Shown here: positions 10,071-19,662 of the stretch, piece after piece
Layout of the letters: the number at the start of each line of letters is the position of its first letter
Position numbering within the stretch: position 1 is the stretch's first letter
NCBI GenBank assembly: GCA_963793785.1
Contig: CAWCBH010000005.1
Span: forward strand, 8,081-72,080
DNA length: 64,000 nucleotides
Direction: 5' to 3'
Origin: an uncultured Actinomycetes bacterium
GTDB lineage: Bacteria > Actinomycetota > Thermoleophilia > Solirubrobacterales > 70-9
Notes under the pieces: generated by a model
The model's database searches: none
What the model was told of the DNA's origin: nothing
Seen by the model: the letters and a program-made list of their open reading frames with translations, nothing else
Position numbers and translations under genes: made by a program

Positions 10071-10756
10071 GCCTTCCTCGCCACGATCACGTTGTGGGCG
10101 CAGACGCGGCGCAGCCCCGGCATCCGCTCCACCAGCCGCTCCGCCCGCGCCGCGGCGCCGATCAGGCGCCGGGGTGTGAAGTCCGGGACCATCCCCGACC
10201 GGATGACCAGCTTCGGCTCGGCTCCGCCGGCTCGCAGGCCCGCGACGAGCTCGCTGTCCGGGATCAGCCGCTCCTCGCCGGTGTCCTGGGGCACCCTGGC
10301 CATCAGCAGCCTCCAGTATGGGTTGCGTGGATTGTGGTCCCAGACGATGACCTTGCCTCCCGGCTTGGTGACTCGGACCATCTCCGCCAGGGTGCGCCGC
10401 ACGTCGCCGGCGTCGGCGATGTGGTGCATCACCGCGACGCTGATCACGAGATCGAAGCCGTCGTCGGCAAACGGCAGGTCGGTCCCCGACCCATGCACCG
10501 AGCGCACCGCAGAGGTTCGCCGCTGCAGCTCGCGCAGCATTCCCTCCGAGGGGTCGACGCCGACGACCTCGTACCCCGAGTCGGCCAGCCGTGCCGCCAG
10601 GGCGCCGGTGCCGCAGCCTACGTCGAGGACCGATCCGCGCCGGCAGTGCTCGAGGATGAAGGTTGCCCGCTTGCGCAGGTAATGCTCGACCACGTGGGCC
10701 GGAAGCGTGGTGTCATAGCGCGCGGCGACCTCGTCAAAGTGAGACTCGCTCATCAC
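10067..10756 (-). CDS. class I SAM-dependent methyltransferase
   Basis: Motif I VLDVGCGTGALAARLA, then FDLVISVAVMHH and KPGGKVIVWD. Confidence 0.85.
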   Translation of the reverse strand: MMSESHFDEVAARYDTTLPAHVVEHYLRKRATFILEHCRRGSVLDVGCGTGALAARLADSGYEVVGVDPSEGMLRELQRRTSAVRSVHGSGTDLPFADDGFDLVISVAVMHHIADAGDVRRTLAEMVRVTKPGGKVIVWDHNPRNPYWRLLMARVPQDTGEERLIPDSELVAGLRAGGAEPKLVIRSGMVPDFTPRRLIGAAARAERLVERMPGLRRVCAHNVIVARKA

Positions 10757-11510
10757 CCTCCGCGGCGCCCTGCTCGGCGAGCGGCGGCACCCGCGGCGCC
10801 ATGCCCCGGGTCGACAGCCGCTGCCGCAGGACCATCAGGATCATTCGCGTTCCGAGGGCCAGCGCCGCGACCGGTCGTCCTGTGACCGACGAGGTCCCGA
10901 CCCGGGGCAGGTAGTTGACCGGCACCTCGACGAAGCGGGCACCGGAGGTGACCGTCAGCAGCATCAACTCCATCCCGGCGTGGTTGCCTCCGACCGTCAT
11001 CTGCGAGGCGATCCGGTTCGCCAGCCGGCGGTGGAAGAGGCGGTAGGTGCAGCCGACGTCGCTGAGGTGGCTGGTGTTGAAGAGGACCTCGACCAGCTTC
11101 GCCACCGCCCAGTTCCCCCAGCGCAGGAAGGCCGCCATGTTGGCGCCGTGCCAGATCAACTCGCGGGTGGTCCTGGTGCCGAGCACCGCCTCGCACTCGC
11201 CGCTGTAGACCAGCAGCTTGGTGATGTCGGTGGGACGGAAGGTGCCGTCGGGCTCGGCGAGCACGATCAGGTCTCCGCTCGCCTCCAGAAGGCCCCGCCG
11301 CGTCGCGTAGCCGTAGCCCTGCCGTGGCTCGGAGACGAGGATTGCGCTCGTGCGCGCCACCTCCTCCGCGGTCCCCGGCTCGGCGTTGTTGGAGACGACC
11401 ACGACCTCGTCGACGACCCCGGTGGCGAGGAAGCCCTCGATCACGCGCCGTATCGAGCCGCGCTCCGCATAGGTCATCAACACAACCGAGACTCGATTGC
11501 CGTCCCACAT
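10734..11510 (-). CDS. GT2 glycosyltransferase, polyprenyl-phosphate sugar synthase-like (Dpm1/ArnC-like)
   Basis: VSVVLMTYAERGSIRRVIEG...VVVVSNNAEPGT...QGYGYATRRGL...LAEPDGTFRP...VGCTYRLFHR. A short soluble GT2 with a C-terminal hydrophobic segment. It overlaps the downstream methyltransferase by 23 nt. Confidence 0.75.
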   Translation of the reverse strand: MWDGNRVSVVLMTYAERGSIRRVIEGFLATGVVDEVVVVSNNAEPGTAEEVARTSAILVSEPRQGYGYATRRGLLEASGDLIVLAEPDGTFRPTDITKLLVYSGECEAVLGTRTTRELIWHGANMAAFLRWGNWAVAKLVEVLFNTSHLSDVGCTYRLFHRRLANRIASQMTVGGNHAGMELMLLTVTSGARFVEVPVNYLPRVGTSSVTGRPVAALALGTRMILMVLRQRLSTRGMAPRVPPLAEQGAAEGDERVSL

Positions 11511-11555
11511 CGCGAGGCGGCGATCCTATCCGCAGGCTGGCAAGATGCCCGATCC

Positions 11556-12344
11556 GTGAGGATCACCGGCGAGCGGGTCGTCAGCGCTGCTGCCGGCTTC
11601 AACCCCACCTGGCAGCGTCATGTTGCCGCCTATGCCCTCTGCGAGCCGCACCTCGGCCCCGGCAGGGTGCTCGACGTCGGCTGCGGGGTCGGCCACAGCT
11701 TCCAGCTCCTCGCTCCCCGCGAGACCGTCGGCGTCGACATCGATCCGCAGGCGCTTGCCGGCCAGGCTCGCGAGACCGTGGTCGCCGACATGCGCAGCCT
11801 CCCGTTCGCGGACGCCAGCTTTGCCTCGCTGATCGCCGTGCAGTCGATCGAGCATGTCCCCGACCCTGAGCGGGCCCTGAGCGAGGCGGCCCGGGTCCTC
11901 GAGCCGGGCGGCGTCGCCGCCGTGGTGACCCCGAACCGGCTCACCCTCGGCCGCCCCGACGAGATCATCGATCCCTATCACCACGTCGAGCTCGACCCTC
12001 GGCAGCTGCGCCGCCTTTGCGAGCGGTCTTTCGGCGCTGTCGAGGTCCAGGGCCTGTTCGGGTCCGCCCGCTACATGGAGCTGTTCGACGCCGAGCGCGA
12101 GACCCTGGAGCGAGTGCTGTCCCTGGACCCGCTGCGGCTGCGCCGGCTGCCCCCGCGGAGGCTCCGCCAGCGGCTCTACGACGCGCTGCTGCGCCGCCGG
12201 CGCCGGGCTGAGGATCCTCGCGCCGAGGCGATCGGCCCAGGTGACTTCGAGCTGCGCGAGGAGGGGCTCGATGCGGCGCTCGACCTGTTCGCCTTTTGCC
12301 GCCTCCCTCTAGCCTCCGCCGGCGATGCCCGTGGACGCCGCTAG
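11556..12344 (+). CDS. class I SAM-dependent methyltransferase
   Basis: GTG 11556 is the first in-frame start after the divergent gene. Motif I VLDVGCGVGHS, then FASLIAVQSIEHVPDPERALSEAARVLEPGGVAAVVTPN. Confidence 0.75.
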   Translation: MRITGERVVSAAAGFNPTWQRHVAAYALCEPHLGPGRVLDVGCGVGHSFQLLAPRETVGVDIDPQALAGQARETVVADMRSLPFADASFASLIAVQSIEHVPDPERALSEAARVLEPGGVAAVVTPNRLTLGRPDEIIDPYHHVELDPRQLRRLCERSFGAVEVQGLFGSARYMELFDAERETLERVLSLDPLRLRRLPPRRLRQRLYDALLRRRRRAEDPRAEAIGPGDFELREEGLDAALDLFAFCRLPLASAGDARGRR

Positions 12345-13263
12345 GGCGACTCCGATGCAGGACTCCGGCTCGCCACCGGGGCGCTGCGCATGGTGTGGCG
12401 CTGCGTTCGACTCCCGGGCCGGCCGGCTGCGGGGGCGGCTGCGCTGCCCGGAATGCGGAGCCGCGACCACCGATCCCTGGCCGACCGAGGCCGAGCTTGG
12501 TGAGGCCTACGGCTCCTGGTATCGGCCCGGTTCGGGCCGCCGCTTCGCGCTCCTCGGCGACGCCGTCTTGCGCCGCACGCGCGCCTCCCTGGCAGGCCGG
12601 GTCGACGACCTCGCGCCCCCCGGCCCGGTGCTCGACGTCGGCGCCGGGGACGGGACGCTGATCGACGCTCTGGCGCGGCGGGGGCGAGATGTCGTGGGGC
12701 TGGAGCGCGAGCCGGGTCGGCCGGACCTGCGCGACGAGCCCCTCGACCGCCTCGAGCCGGGCTGGGCGGCGATCGTCTTCTGGCACTCGCTCGAGCACCT
12801 TCCCGAGCCCGGAGCGGCGCTGCGCGAGGCGGCCCGCCTGCTTGATCAGGGCGGGGTCGCGGTGATCGCGGTTCCGAACACCGACAGCCTGCAGGCGCGA
12901 GTCTTCGGCGATCGCTGGCTGCACCTCGACCTGCCCCGCCACCTGGTCCACCTGCCGGCGGCGACGCTGATCGCCGGCCTGGAGACTGCCGGCTTCGAGG
13001 TCGAGCGGATCTCCGGTCTGCGGGGCGGCCAGATCGCGATCGGCTGGCTCGACGGCCTGGTCGGCTCACTGCCCGGCAAGCTGCACTTCTATGAGGCGTT
13101 GCGGCGGGGCCCGGCCCGCGGCCGCGCCCTCGGACCGGCGCAGCGGGTGGCTGCGCTTGCCGCCGGGATCCTGCTCGCGCCGCTGGCCCTCACCTGTGCG
13201 GGGGCGGAGGTGCTGTTGCGGCGTTCCGGCACCGTCTACGTGGAGGCTCGTCTTGCCCGCTGA
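12325..13263 (+). CDS. class I SAM-dependent methyltransferase with N-terminal CxxC...CxxC zinc ribbon
   Basis: CAWCG...CPECG, followed by VLDVGAGDGTLIDAL...IVFWHSLEHLPEPGAALREAARLLDQGGVAVIAVPN. An alternative start at ATG 12355 would remove the overlap with the previous gene. Confidence 0.75.
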   Translation: MPVDAARATPMQDSGSPPGRCAWCGAAFDSRAGRLRGRLRCPECGAATTDPWPTEAELGEAYGSWYRPGSGRRFALLGDAVLRRTRASLAGRVDDLAPPGPVLDVGAGDGTLIDALARRGRDVVGLEREPGRPDLRDEPLDRLEPGWAAIVFWHSLEHLPEPGAALREAARLLDQGGVAVIAVPNTDSLQARVFGDRWLHLDLPRHLVHLPAATLIAGLETAGFEVERISGLRGGQIAIGWLDGLVGSLPGKLHFYEALRRGPARGRALGPAQRVAALAAGILLAPLALTCAGAEVLLRRSGTVYVEARLAR

Positions 13264-13999
13264 GCGCCCGAAGGTCGTCGTCGTGATGCCCGCCCGGCAG
13301 GCTGCGGCGACGCTGGAGCGGACCTTCACCGCGATCCCTCGCGAGCAGGTCGACGAGGTGATCCTCGTCGACGACTCCTCGACCGACGAGACCGTGAGCC
13401 TGGCGCGGCGGCTGCCGCTGCAGCTGGTCTGGCACCCGCATCAGGTCGGTTACGGAGGCAACCAGAAGACCTGTTACCTGCAGGCGCTGCAGGGCGACGC
13501 CGACGTGATCGTGATGCTGCACCCCGACGGGCAGTACGAGCCGGAGCTGATCCCCCGCATGGTGGAGCCGATCGCTCGGGGCGAGGCCGACGTGGTCCTC
13601 GGCTCCAGGCTGCTGGTCCCCGGCGCCGCGCTGGCGGCCGGGATGCCGCGCTGGAAGTTCGTCGCCAACCGCTTCCTGACCGCGATCGAGAACCGGATCA
13701 TGGGAACCCGGCTCTCGGAGGCCCACACCGGCTACCGGGCCTACTCGCGCCGCTTCCTGCTCACCGTCCCCTTCCTTCGCAACTCCGATGATTTCGCCTT
13801 CGACAGCGAGCTGTTGATGCAGGCGGCCCACTTCGGCTTTCGAATCGAGGAGGTCCCCGCTCGCTGCCGGTACTTCGAGGACGCGTCCTCGGTCGGCTTT
13901 CGAAGCGGCGCCGTCTACGGGGCGAAGACGCTTTGGGTGGGCCTGCGGCTGGTCCTCCACCGTCGCGGCCTGCTGCGTTCGCGCAAGTTCAAGCCCTGA
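13253..13999 (+). CDS. glycosyltransferase family 2
   Basis: KVVVVMPARQAAATLERT...VILVDDSSTDETV...GYGGNQKTCY...VIVMLHPDGQYEP...VVLGSR. The start is uncertain: TTG 13253, GTG 13283 or ATG 13286. Confidence 0.8.
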   Translation: MPAERPKVVVVMPARQAAATLERTFTAIPREQVDEVILVDDSSTDETVSLARRLPLQLVWHPHQVGYGGNQKTCYLQALQGDADVIVMLHPDGQYEPELIPRMVEPIARGEADVVLGSRLLVPGAALAAGMPRWKFVANRFLTAIENRIMGTRLSEAHTGYRAYSRRFLLTVPFLRNSDDFAFDSELLMQAAHFGFRIEEVPARCRYFEDASSVGFRSGAVYGAKTLWVGLRLVLHRRGLLRSRKFKP

Positions 14000-16311
14000 G
14001 CCGGCGCGGCACCAGTCGCACGATCGCGAGACCCTCGGCGGTTCGCTCCAGCGTCTGTAGCCGGAAGCGCTCGCCGATCGCTCTCAGCGCCCACTTCTGA
14101 AGCGGCGCCGGCTCACCGGAGCGGCCGATGCCGGCGAGCGGATCCAGCGACGGGCGCGCCTTCAATGCGGCGAAGGCGCGAAGCGACGGCCGGTCGATCA
14201 GCAGGCGATCCCCCGCCCGCAGCTCGGCGACCGACTCCCGCAGTCCGGGCAGCCGCTCCGCGGCGACGAAGCTGTCCTCGAGCGGGTCCCCGAGCGCCAG
14301 GACGCTGCCGCGCTCGCTGCGGACGAGGATCTCGACCGCGAGGTCGGGCAGGGTGAGGATCAGCGCCCGTCCGGAGCCCGGCTGATGGCGATCGAGCAGC
14401 CGCTCCCCGGCGGGTGCACTGGGATTGAGCGGCGGCGGATGCCAGAGGCGATCGAGGGCGTCCCGCAGCGACTTGCCGCCGGGCGGCGCATGAGCCAGCG
14501 CCGAGCGCGGAAACCGCTCCCGGGCGGCGGGCCAGGCAGCGGCGATCAGCAGTGCGGCGACCGCCACCGCGGCGGCGAGGCCGAGTTCCCCCGGCGGTCG
14601 TGAGCGACTGCTCTGACCGACCCGCATCAGCAACCCCAGCCAAAGCGCGCCGGTGAGCAAGGCCGGCAGCCCGACGTAAGGGAGGATGCCGGCTGCGGAG
14701 CGGTCGACGAAGTAGCTGAACAGGGCGATCCCGTACGCGGTCGCGCCGGCTGAGCGCGATCATCGAGATCGGCTCCCTGCGGACCAGCTCCGGCCGACGC
14801 CGGACGAGCAGCGCGATCGCGATCGCCGAGGTCAGATAACCGGCGCCGACCGCAAGAGCCGGCGACCAGGGAGCGAAGTCGTAGGTGATCTCGCCCAGCT
14901 TCCCGAACAGGAAGCCCTCCAGGTAGGCCAGGTATTGACCCCAGTCAGGTAGCTCTCCGGCTGCGGCCAGCGTCGCAGCGGCGAGGATCAGGTGCGCGGC
15001 GAGACAGGAGATCGCGGCCAGGGCCGTGGCGCGACCGATCCAGCCCCGGCGTGAGCCCGCCGGCAACAACCAGGCGTGCACGGCGCCGATCGCGATCGCG
15101 GTGGCAGCAGTGACGGCGAAGGCCTCCAGCGACCAGATCGACGTGAGGCCGATCGTCGCCAGGGCCCCGCAGCCGGCGAGCCGCACCCACCGCGGCCAGC
15201 GCAGGCCCGCGACGGTGAAGGCGATCAGCGCCATCGGCAGCCCGAACCGCAGCTGGCCCTGCTCCGGAAGGCCGCCGACCGGATAGGAGAGGTTGTACGC
15301 CAGGGCGACGACGCCGATCGCGATCGCGCCGGCGGCAAGCGGACGGTTGCAGCCGCAGATCCGCAGCACCGAGTAGGCGGCGGCGAACGCGAGCGCTGTC
15401 ACCGCGCCGTCGAGCAGCCCCAGGGTGCCGTAGCCCGCGGGCGCGAGCTGAAACCAGCCGCTGATCAGGTACAGCGGTGCGACGCCGTACTGAGATGCGG
15501 TGTCGACGAGGACGGCGCCGCCCGCCAGCACCTCGTTGGCCGGCCCGAGCAGGAAGTTGTGATGGAACTGGATCACGAAGGTCTCGAAGCTGACGGCGAA
15601 GTCGCCGCTCGACTCCTCGGGGCGAAAGATCACCAGGTCGGGGATCGCGAGAATCAGCAGCGCGATGACGGCGCCGTCGAAGGCGCCGCCCCAGCCCCGC
15701 GGCAGCGGGCCGGCGGGCCGGCGGCGACGGATCGCGACAAGGGCCGGGATCGCGAGCCCGACCACGGCCGCCACGGGCCAGCTGAGCCCAGGGTCCGTGA
15801 GGCCGACGAGGACCCCTAGCCCAAGCGCCGCCGTGAGTGCCCAGAGCCGCTCCGGATGACGACAGATCCCCAGCAGCCGCGGCCGGGCGCGGTTGCGCGC
15901 CCCGACCAGCAGTAGCGACACCGCCGCCGCCCAGATCCCGACCGCGCCCAGCGTCGCACCGACCCCGTCCTCCCACGGCAGGCCGCCGGAGAATCGCACG
16001 GCGAGGATCGCCGCCGCGAGCCCGGCCCCGAGAAGCGCCGTCAGGCCGGGCAGGGCAGCGCCGTTGGGCCCGGCGGCGACGCGGTCGGCGATCCGCGGCC
16101 CGGCTACCAGCGCCAGGGGCAGGATCAGCGCGAAGACGATCACGTAGAGCGCCGTCTCGACGTCCTGGTTCTGTTCCCCGGCCAGCGGTGCCGGCAGCGG
16201 CTTCGGCTCGGTGACGAGGATCAGCAGCGAGATTGCAGCGACGGCCGAGCCCAGCGCCAGCGTCGCGGTCAGGGCGAGGGTGGGGCCGAAACCGGCGCGC
16301 TGAACGGGCAT
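13989..16311 (-). pseudogene. large polytopic membrane protein (possible GT-C-like transferase or polymerase) with interrupted reading frame
   Basis: The ORF from ATG 16311 is hydrophobic and helix-rich as far as ...ELVRREPISMIALS, then turns into Arg-rich nonsense. The +1 frame, open only from 14759, continues with the hydrophobic sequence AGATAYGIALFSYFVDRSAAGILPYVGLPALLTGALWLGLLM and runs to the stop at 13989. Confidence 0.6.
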
Positions 16312-16408
16312 CGGCAGGACGGGGACCTTATTCGAGCGCTTCTGAAGGCTTGCGCCCAGGCTCCATAAGCGGGCAGGAACGCGGCCCGGGCGATGGAACC
16401 CGACCGGC

Positions 16409-16828
16409 ATGAGACTGTTCAAGCGTCGTGAGACGGAAGGCCGGTACGGCAGTGACGGCCTTGCCGACGTGCTCTGGTGGGCACGCCCCACGGAGCAGCC
16501 CGAGGGTGGAACCGCGGCGGCCGAGGGAGAGGAGCCCGAGGCCGGGGAGCACGCCCAGCCGATTCAGGTGCCCGAGCCCGAGGACACGGGCCCGGAGCAG
16601 ATCCGCGTCGCCCGCACGCTGGTCATGTCCGAGCCGGAGCTGACCGCCCTGCTGGCCTCCGATCCCCGCCTGCAGGGCGATGGATTGCGAGTCGAGCTGG
16701 TCGAGAAGGGGTTCGGTACCCGGATGGCGATCTACGCCACTCCGGAGAGTGGCTTCGCCGAGGCCGATCTCGAGGCGCTGCTGGACGACCTCGCCGAGCC
16801 TCAGAAGAGGCCTTTCACCAACTCCTGA
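16409..16828 (+). CDS. hypothetical acidic protein
   Basis: 139-aa ORF with an ATG start and consistently high GC3, ending 21 nt before pccB. No family recognised. Confidence 0.5.
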   Translation: MRLFKRRETEGRYGSDGLADVLWWARPTEQPEGGTAAAEGEEPEAGEHAQPIQVPEPEDTGPEQIRVARTLVMSEPELTALLASDPRLQGDGLRVELVEKGFGTRMAIYATPESGFAEADLEALLDDLAEPQKRPFTNS

Positions 16829-16848
16829 CGTAAATAGACTGCGTCTCG

Positions 16849-18417
16849 GTGCGCGAGCGCAACCCGACGACCCATGAGGAGAAGCTCGCCTACCTGCGTG
16901 AGCTGCGCGAGGCGGCGATCCACTCAGCTTCCGACGAGGCGGTGGAGAAGCAGCACGCCAAGGGCAAGCTGACCGCCCGCGAGCGGATCGAGAAGCTGCT
17001 CGACCCCGGCTCCTTCGAGGAGCTCGACACCTTCGTCCGCCACCGCACCTACGAGTTCGAGATGCAGAAGCGGCGGCCCTGGGGGGACGCCGTCGTCACC
17101 GGCTACGGCACGATCGACGGCCGCACCGTCTTCGTCTTCAGCCAGGACTTCACCGTCTTCGGGGGCTCGCTCGGCGAGGTGATGGCGGAGAAGATGTGCA
17201 AGGTGATGGACCTCGCCGCCCAGGTCGGCGCGCCGGTGATCGGGATCAACGACTCCGGCGGCGCCCGGATCCAGGAGGGCGTCGTCTCCCTGGGGGCCTA
17301 CGGCGACGTCTTCGTCCGCAACGTCCAGTGCTCCGGGGTGATCCCGCAGATCAGCCTGATCATGGGGCCCTGCGCGGGCGGCGCCGTCTACTCGCCGGCG
17401 ATGACCGACTTCATCTTCATGGTCAAGGAGACCTCGCACATGTTCATCACCGGCCCGGAGGTGATCAAGACCGTCACCGGCGAGGAGGTCGAGTTCGAGG
17501 AGCTGGGCGGCGCGATGAGCCACAACTCGAAGTCCGGCGTCGCCCACTTCGCCGCCGAGGACGAGGAGAGCTGTCTGGAGGACGTCCGCCACCTGATGAG
17601 CTTCCTGCCGCTAAACAACCTCGAGATGCCGCCGCGGGTCGAGCCCTACGACGACGCCGACCGCGAGGATCCCGAGCTCGACCACCTGATCCCCGACGAC
17701 TCCTCGAAGCCCTACGACATGCGCGAGGTGATCTCCCGGGTCGTCGACGACGGCGAGTTCTTCGAGGTCCACGAGCACTTCGCCCGCAACATCGTCTGCG
17801 GCTTCTCCCGCCTCGACGGTTTTCCGATCGGCGTCGTCGGCAACCAGCCGATGCACCTCGCGGGGGTCCTCGACATCGAGTCCTCCGAGAAGGCGGCCCG
17901 GTTCGTCCGCACCTGTGACGCCTTCAACATCCCCCTGCTGACCTTCTGCGACGTGCCCGGCTTTCTGCCCGGAACGAGCCAGGAGTGGGGCGGGATCATC
18001 CGCCACGGCGCCAAGCTGCTCTACGCCTTCACCGAGGCCACGGTGCCGAAGCTGACAGTGGTCACGCGCAAGGCCTACGGCGGCGCCTACGACGTCATGA
18101 ACTCCAAGCACATGCTGGCCGACTTCAACTTTGCCTGGCCGACCGCGGAGGTGGCGGTGATGGGTCCCGAGGGGGCGGTCAACATCATCTACCGCCGCGA
18201 CATCGCCGCCTCGCCGACCCCCGACGAGCGCCGCCAGAAGCTGATCGACGACTACAAGGCCCACTTCGCCAATCCCTACTCCGCCGCCGAGCGCGGCTAC
18301 ATCGACGACGTGATCGAGCCCCGCCAGACCCGCCCGAAGCTGATCCGCGCCCTGCGGGCGCTGCAGACCAAGCGGGTCGAGCAGCCGAAGCGAAAGCACG
18401 GCAACATCCCGCTGTAA
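16849..18417 (+). CDS. pccB: propionyl-CoA carboxylase beta subunit / acyl-CoA carboxyltransferase
   Basis: Matches AccD5/PccB over its full length: [21 protein letters not shown]...[29 protein letters not shown]...[12 protein letters not shown]...[17 protein letters not shown]...[18 protein letters not shown]...[14 protein letters not shown]. Confidence 0.95.
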   Translation: MRERNPTTHEEKLAYLRELREAAIHSASDEAVEKQHAKGKLTARERIEKLLDPGSFEELDTFVRHRTYEFEMQKRRPWGDAVVTGYGTIDGRTVFVFSQDFTVFGGSLGEVMAEKMCKVMDLAAQVGAPVIGINDSGGARIQEGVVSLGAYGDVFVRNVQCSGVIPQISLIMGPCAGGAVYSPAMTDFIFMVKETSHMFITGPEVIKTVTGEEVEFEELGGAMSHNSKSGVAHFAAEDEESCLEDVRHLMSFLPLNNLEMPPRVEPYDDADREDPELDHLIPDDSSKPYDMREVISRVVDDGEFFEVHEHFARNIVCGFSRLDGFPIGVVGNQPMHLAGVLDIESSEKAARFVRTCDAFNIPLLTFCDVPGFLPGTSQEWGGIIRHGAKLLYAFTEATVPKLTVVTRKAYGGAYDVMNSKHMLADFNFAWPTAEVAVMGPEGAVNIIYRRDIAASPTPDERRQKLIDDYKAHFANPYSAAERGYIDDVIEPRQTRPKLIRALRALQTKRVEQPKRKHGNIPL

Positions 18418-18440
18418 GCGCTGCGGGCGGCGGGTCCTGT

Positions 18441-18505
18441 CACGGCAGGGGACCCACCGGCCCTGCGGTAGCTAAAGCTTCCTCGGGCCGGTCCCCCCTG
18501 CCGTG
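18441..18505. terminator. long imperfect hairpin just after pccB (candidate terminator or structured RNA)
   Basis: CACGGCAGGGG (18441-51) pairs with CCCCTGCCGTG (18495-505). ACCGGCCC (18456-63) pairs with GGGCCGGT (18485-92). That gives 19 bp in total, a small internal loop and a 21-nt apical loop. The outer CTGCGG (18421-26) and CCGCAG (18513-18) can extend the stem. There is no U-tail. Confidence 0.4.
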
Positions 18506-18550
18506 CCACCCACCGCAGATGCGCTCCCGCGGGACGCTTCAGGTTCGGTG

Positions 18551-18587
18551 TGGCGCTTTACTCGCGTATACCGCGAGGTTTGCGCCA
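18551..18587. other. second hairpin in the pccB/OCD spacer
   Basis: TGGCGC-ttta-CTCGCG-tatac-CGCGAG-gttt-GCGCCA: two perfect 6-bp helices separated by a symmetric 4x4 internal loop. Confidence 0.4.
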
Positions 18588-18679
18588 CTCGGCTGGGTGC
18601 GCCCTACCCAGCGGCCGGGGTGCGCCCTACCCAGCTTCCTTTCCGACCCGCCACTCGACCGGGGCGTGCCCTACCCAGC
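18584..18679. repeat. short direct repeats (GGGTGCGCCCTACCCAGC x2 plus a degenerate third copy)
   Basis: Identical 18-mers at 18595-18612 and 18618-18635. A variant, GGGGCGTGCCCTACCCAGC, lies at 18661-18679. GCCACTCG precedes copies 1 and 3 (18584-91 and 18650-57). Each unit contains the self-complementary CTGGGT...ACCCAG or GGGC..GCCC. Confidence 0.6.
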
Positions 18680-18692
18680 GGCAGTTTTCGGC

Positions 18693-19631
18693 CTAGAGCG
18701 ACACTTGCGGCGCGTCGACCTCGCCCCGCTCCCAGGCGGCGAGCACGGCGGTGACGATTCCGAGGTCCTGGATCGCCAGGCCGGTGGAATCGAACAGGGT
18801 CGTCTCCTCGGCTGAGCCCCGCCCGGGCGAGTCCCCGTTCAGGACGGCTCCGATCTCGGTGACGTCGACTCGCCGCACGCCGCCGGCGGCAACCGAGGCG
18901 GCGATCTCGCCGCCGCCGCTCGCCTGCTCCCACTCGTCGCAGAACAGACGGCAGCGGCGGATCGCCTCCCGCTCGACCTCCGTCTTGGCGGGGGAGTCGG
19001 CGCCGAGCACGGCAAGATGCTGACCGGGCAGCAGGTCCGCCGCCCGGATCACCGGCATCTCGCCCGGCGTACAGCTGACGACGATCGCCTGGCCGGCGGC
19101 CTGCTGTCGCGATCCCACCGTCCAGCCGAGCTCCTCCGCCAGCGCCTCCGCCGCCGCCGCCCGCGGGTCGTGGCAGACGCCGGGCCCGTAGCCCGCGGCG
19201 GCGAGGCAGCGAGCGGCCCAGGCGCCGTTGACACCGCAGCCGATCAGGCCGACCTCCCGTGTCCCCTCCGGCGCCAGGACCTGCGCCGACACCGCCGCCG
19301 CCGCCCCGGTTCGTAGCCATGTGACCGAGCGGCAATCGACGATCGCGCGCTCGGCGCCGGTCTCGGCATCGGAGACGAAGATCGCTCCGGTCACGACCGG
19401 CAGCCCGCGCTCCGGGTTGTGGGGGAAGGAAGTCACCCACTTGACGATCGCCAAGCCGTCACCGCGCGCCGGCATGGCGCGAAAGTCCCCCGGCGGGCTG
19501 TCGAGGTAGACCTTTGCCGGCATTGTCCACTCGCCGTTGGCGTGGTGCTCGAAGGCGGTTCGCGTGCGCTCGATCGCCGCGGCCGGGGAGATCGCCGCCA
19601 GGACCGCGTCCTTGCCGATCACAGGGATCAC
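18693..19631 (-). CDS. ornithine cyclodeaminase / mu-crystallin family protein
   Basis: AIERTRTAFEHHANGEWTMPAKVYL...FRAMPA...IVKWVTSFPHNP...GLPVVTGAIFVSDAETG...RTGAAAAVSAQVLA...VGLIGCGVNG...TLFDSTGLAIQD. GTG 19631 was chosen (GTG 19622 is also possible). The ORF upstream of it is Arg/Ala junk. Confidence 0.85.
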   Translation of the reverse strand: MIPVIGKDAVLAAISPAAAIERTRTAFEHHANGEWTMPAKVYLDSPPGDFRAMPARGDGLAIVKWVTSFPHNPERGLPVVTGAIFVSDAETGAERAIVDCRSVTWLRTGAAAAVSAQVLAPEGTREVGLIGCGVNGAWAARCLAAAGYGPGVCHDPRAAAAEALAEELGWTVGSRQQAAGQAIVVSCTPGEMPVIRAADLLPGQHLAVLGADSPAKTEVEREAIRRCRLFCDEWEQASGGGEIAASVAAGGVRRVDVTEIGAVLNGDSPGRGSAEETTLFDSTGLAIQDLGIVTAVLAAWERGEVDAPQVSL

Positions 19632-19662
19632 AAACCGGATTTCTACGGGGTACAGTCCGCCG

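Noticed and set aside
18595-18679. A possible miniature CRISPR array, suggested by the repeated 18-mers.
   Set aside because: There are only two exact copies plus one degenerate copy. The spacers are 5 and 25 nt, far too short and irregular. The repeat is shorter than CRISPR repeats, and no cas genes are present in the window.
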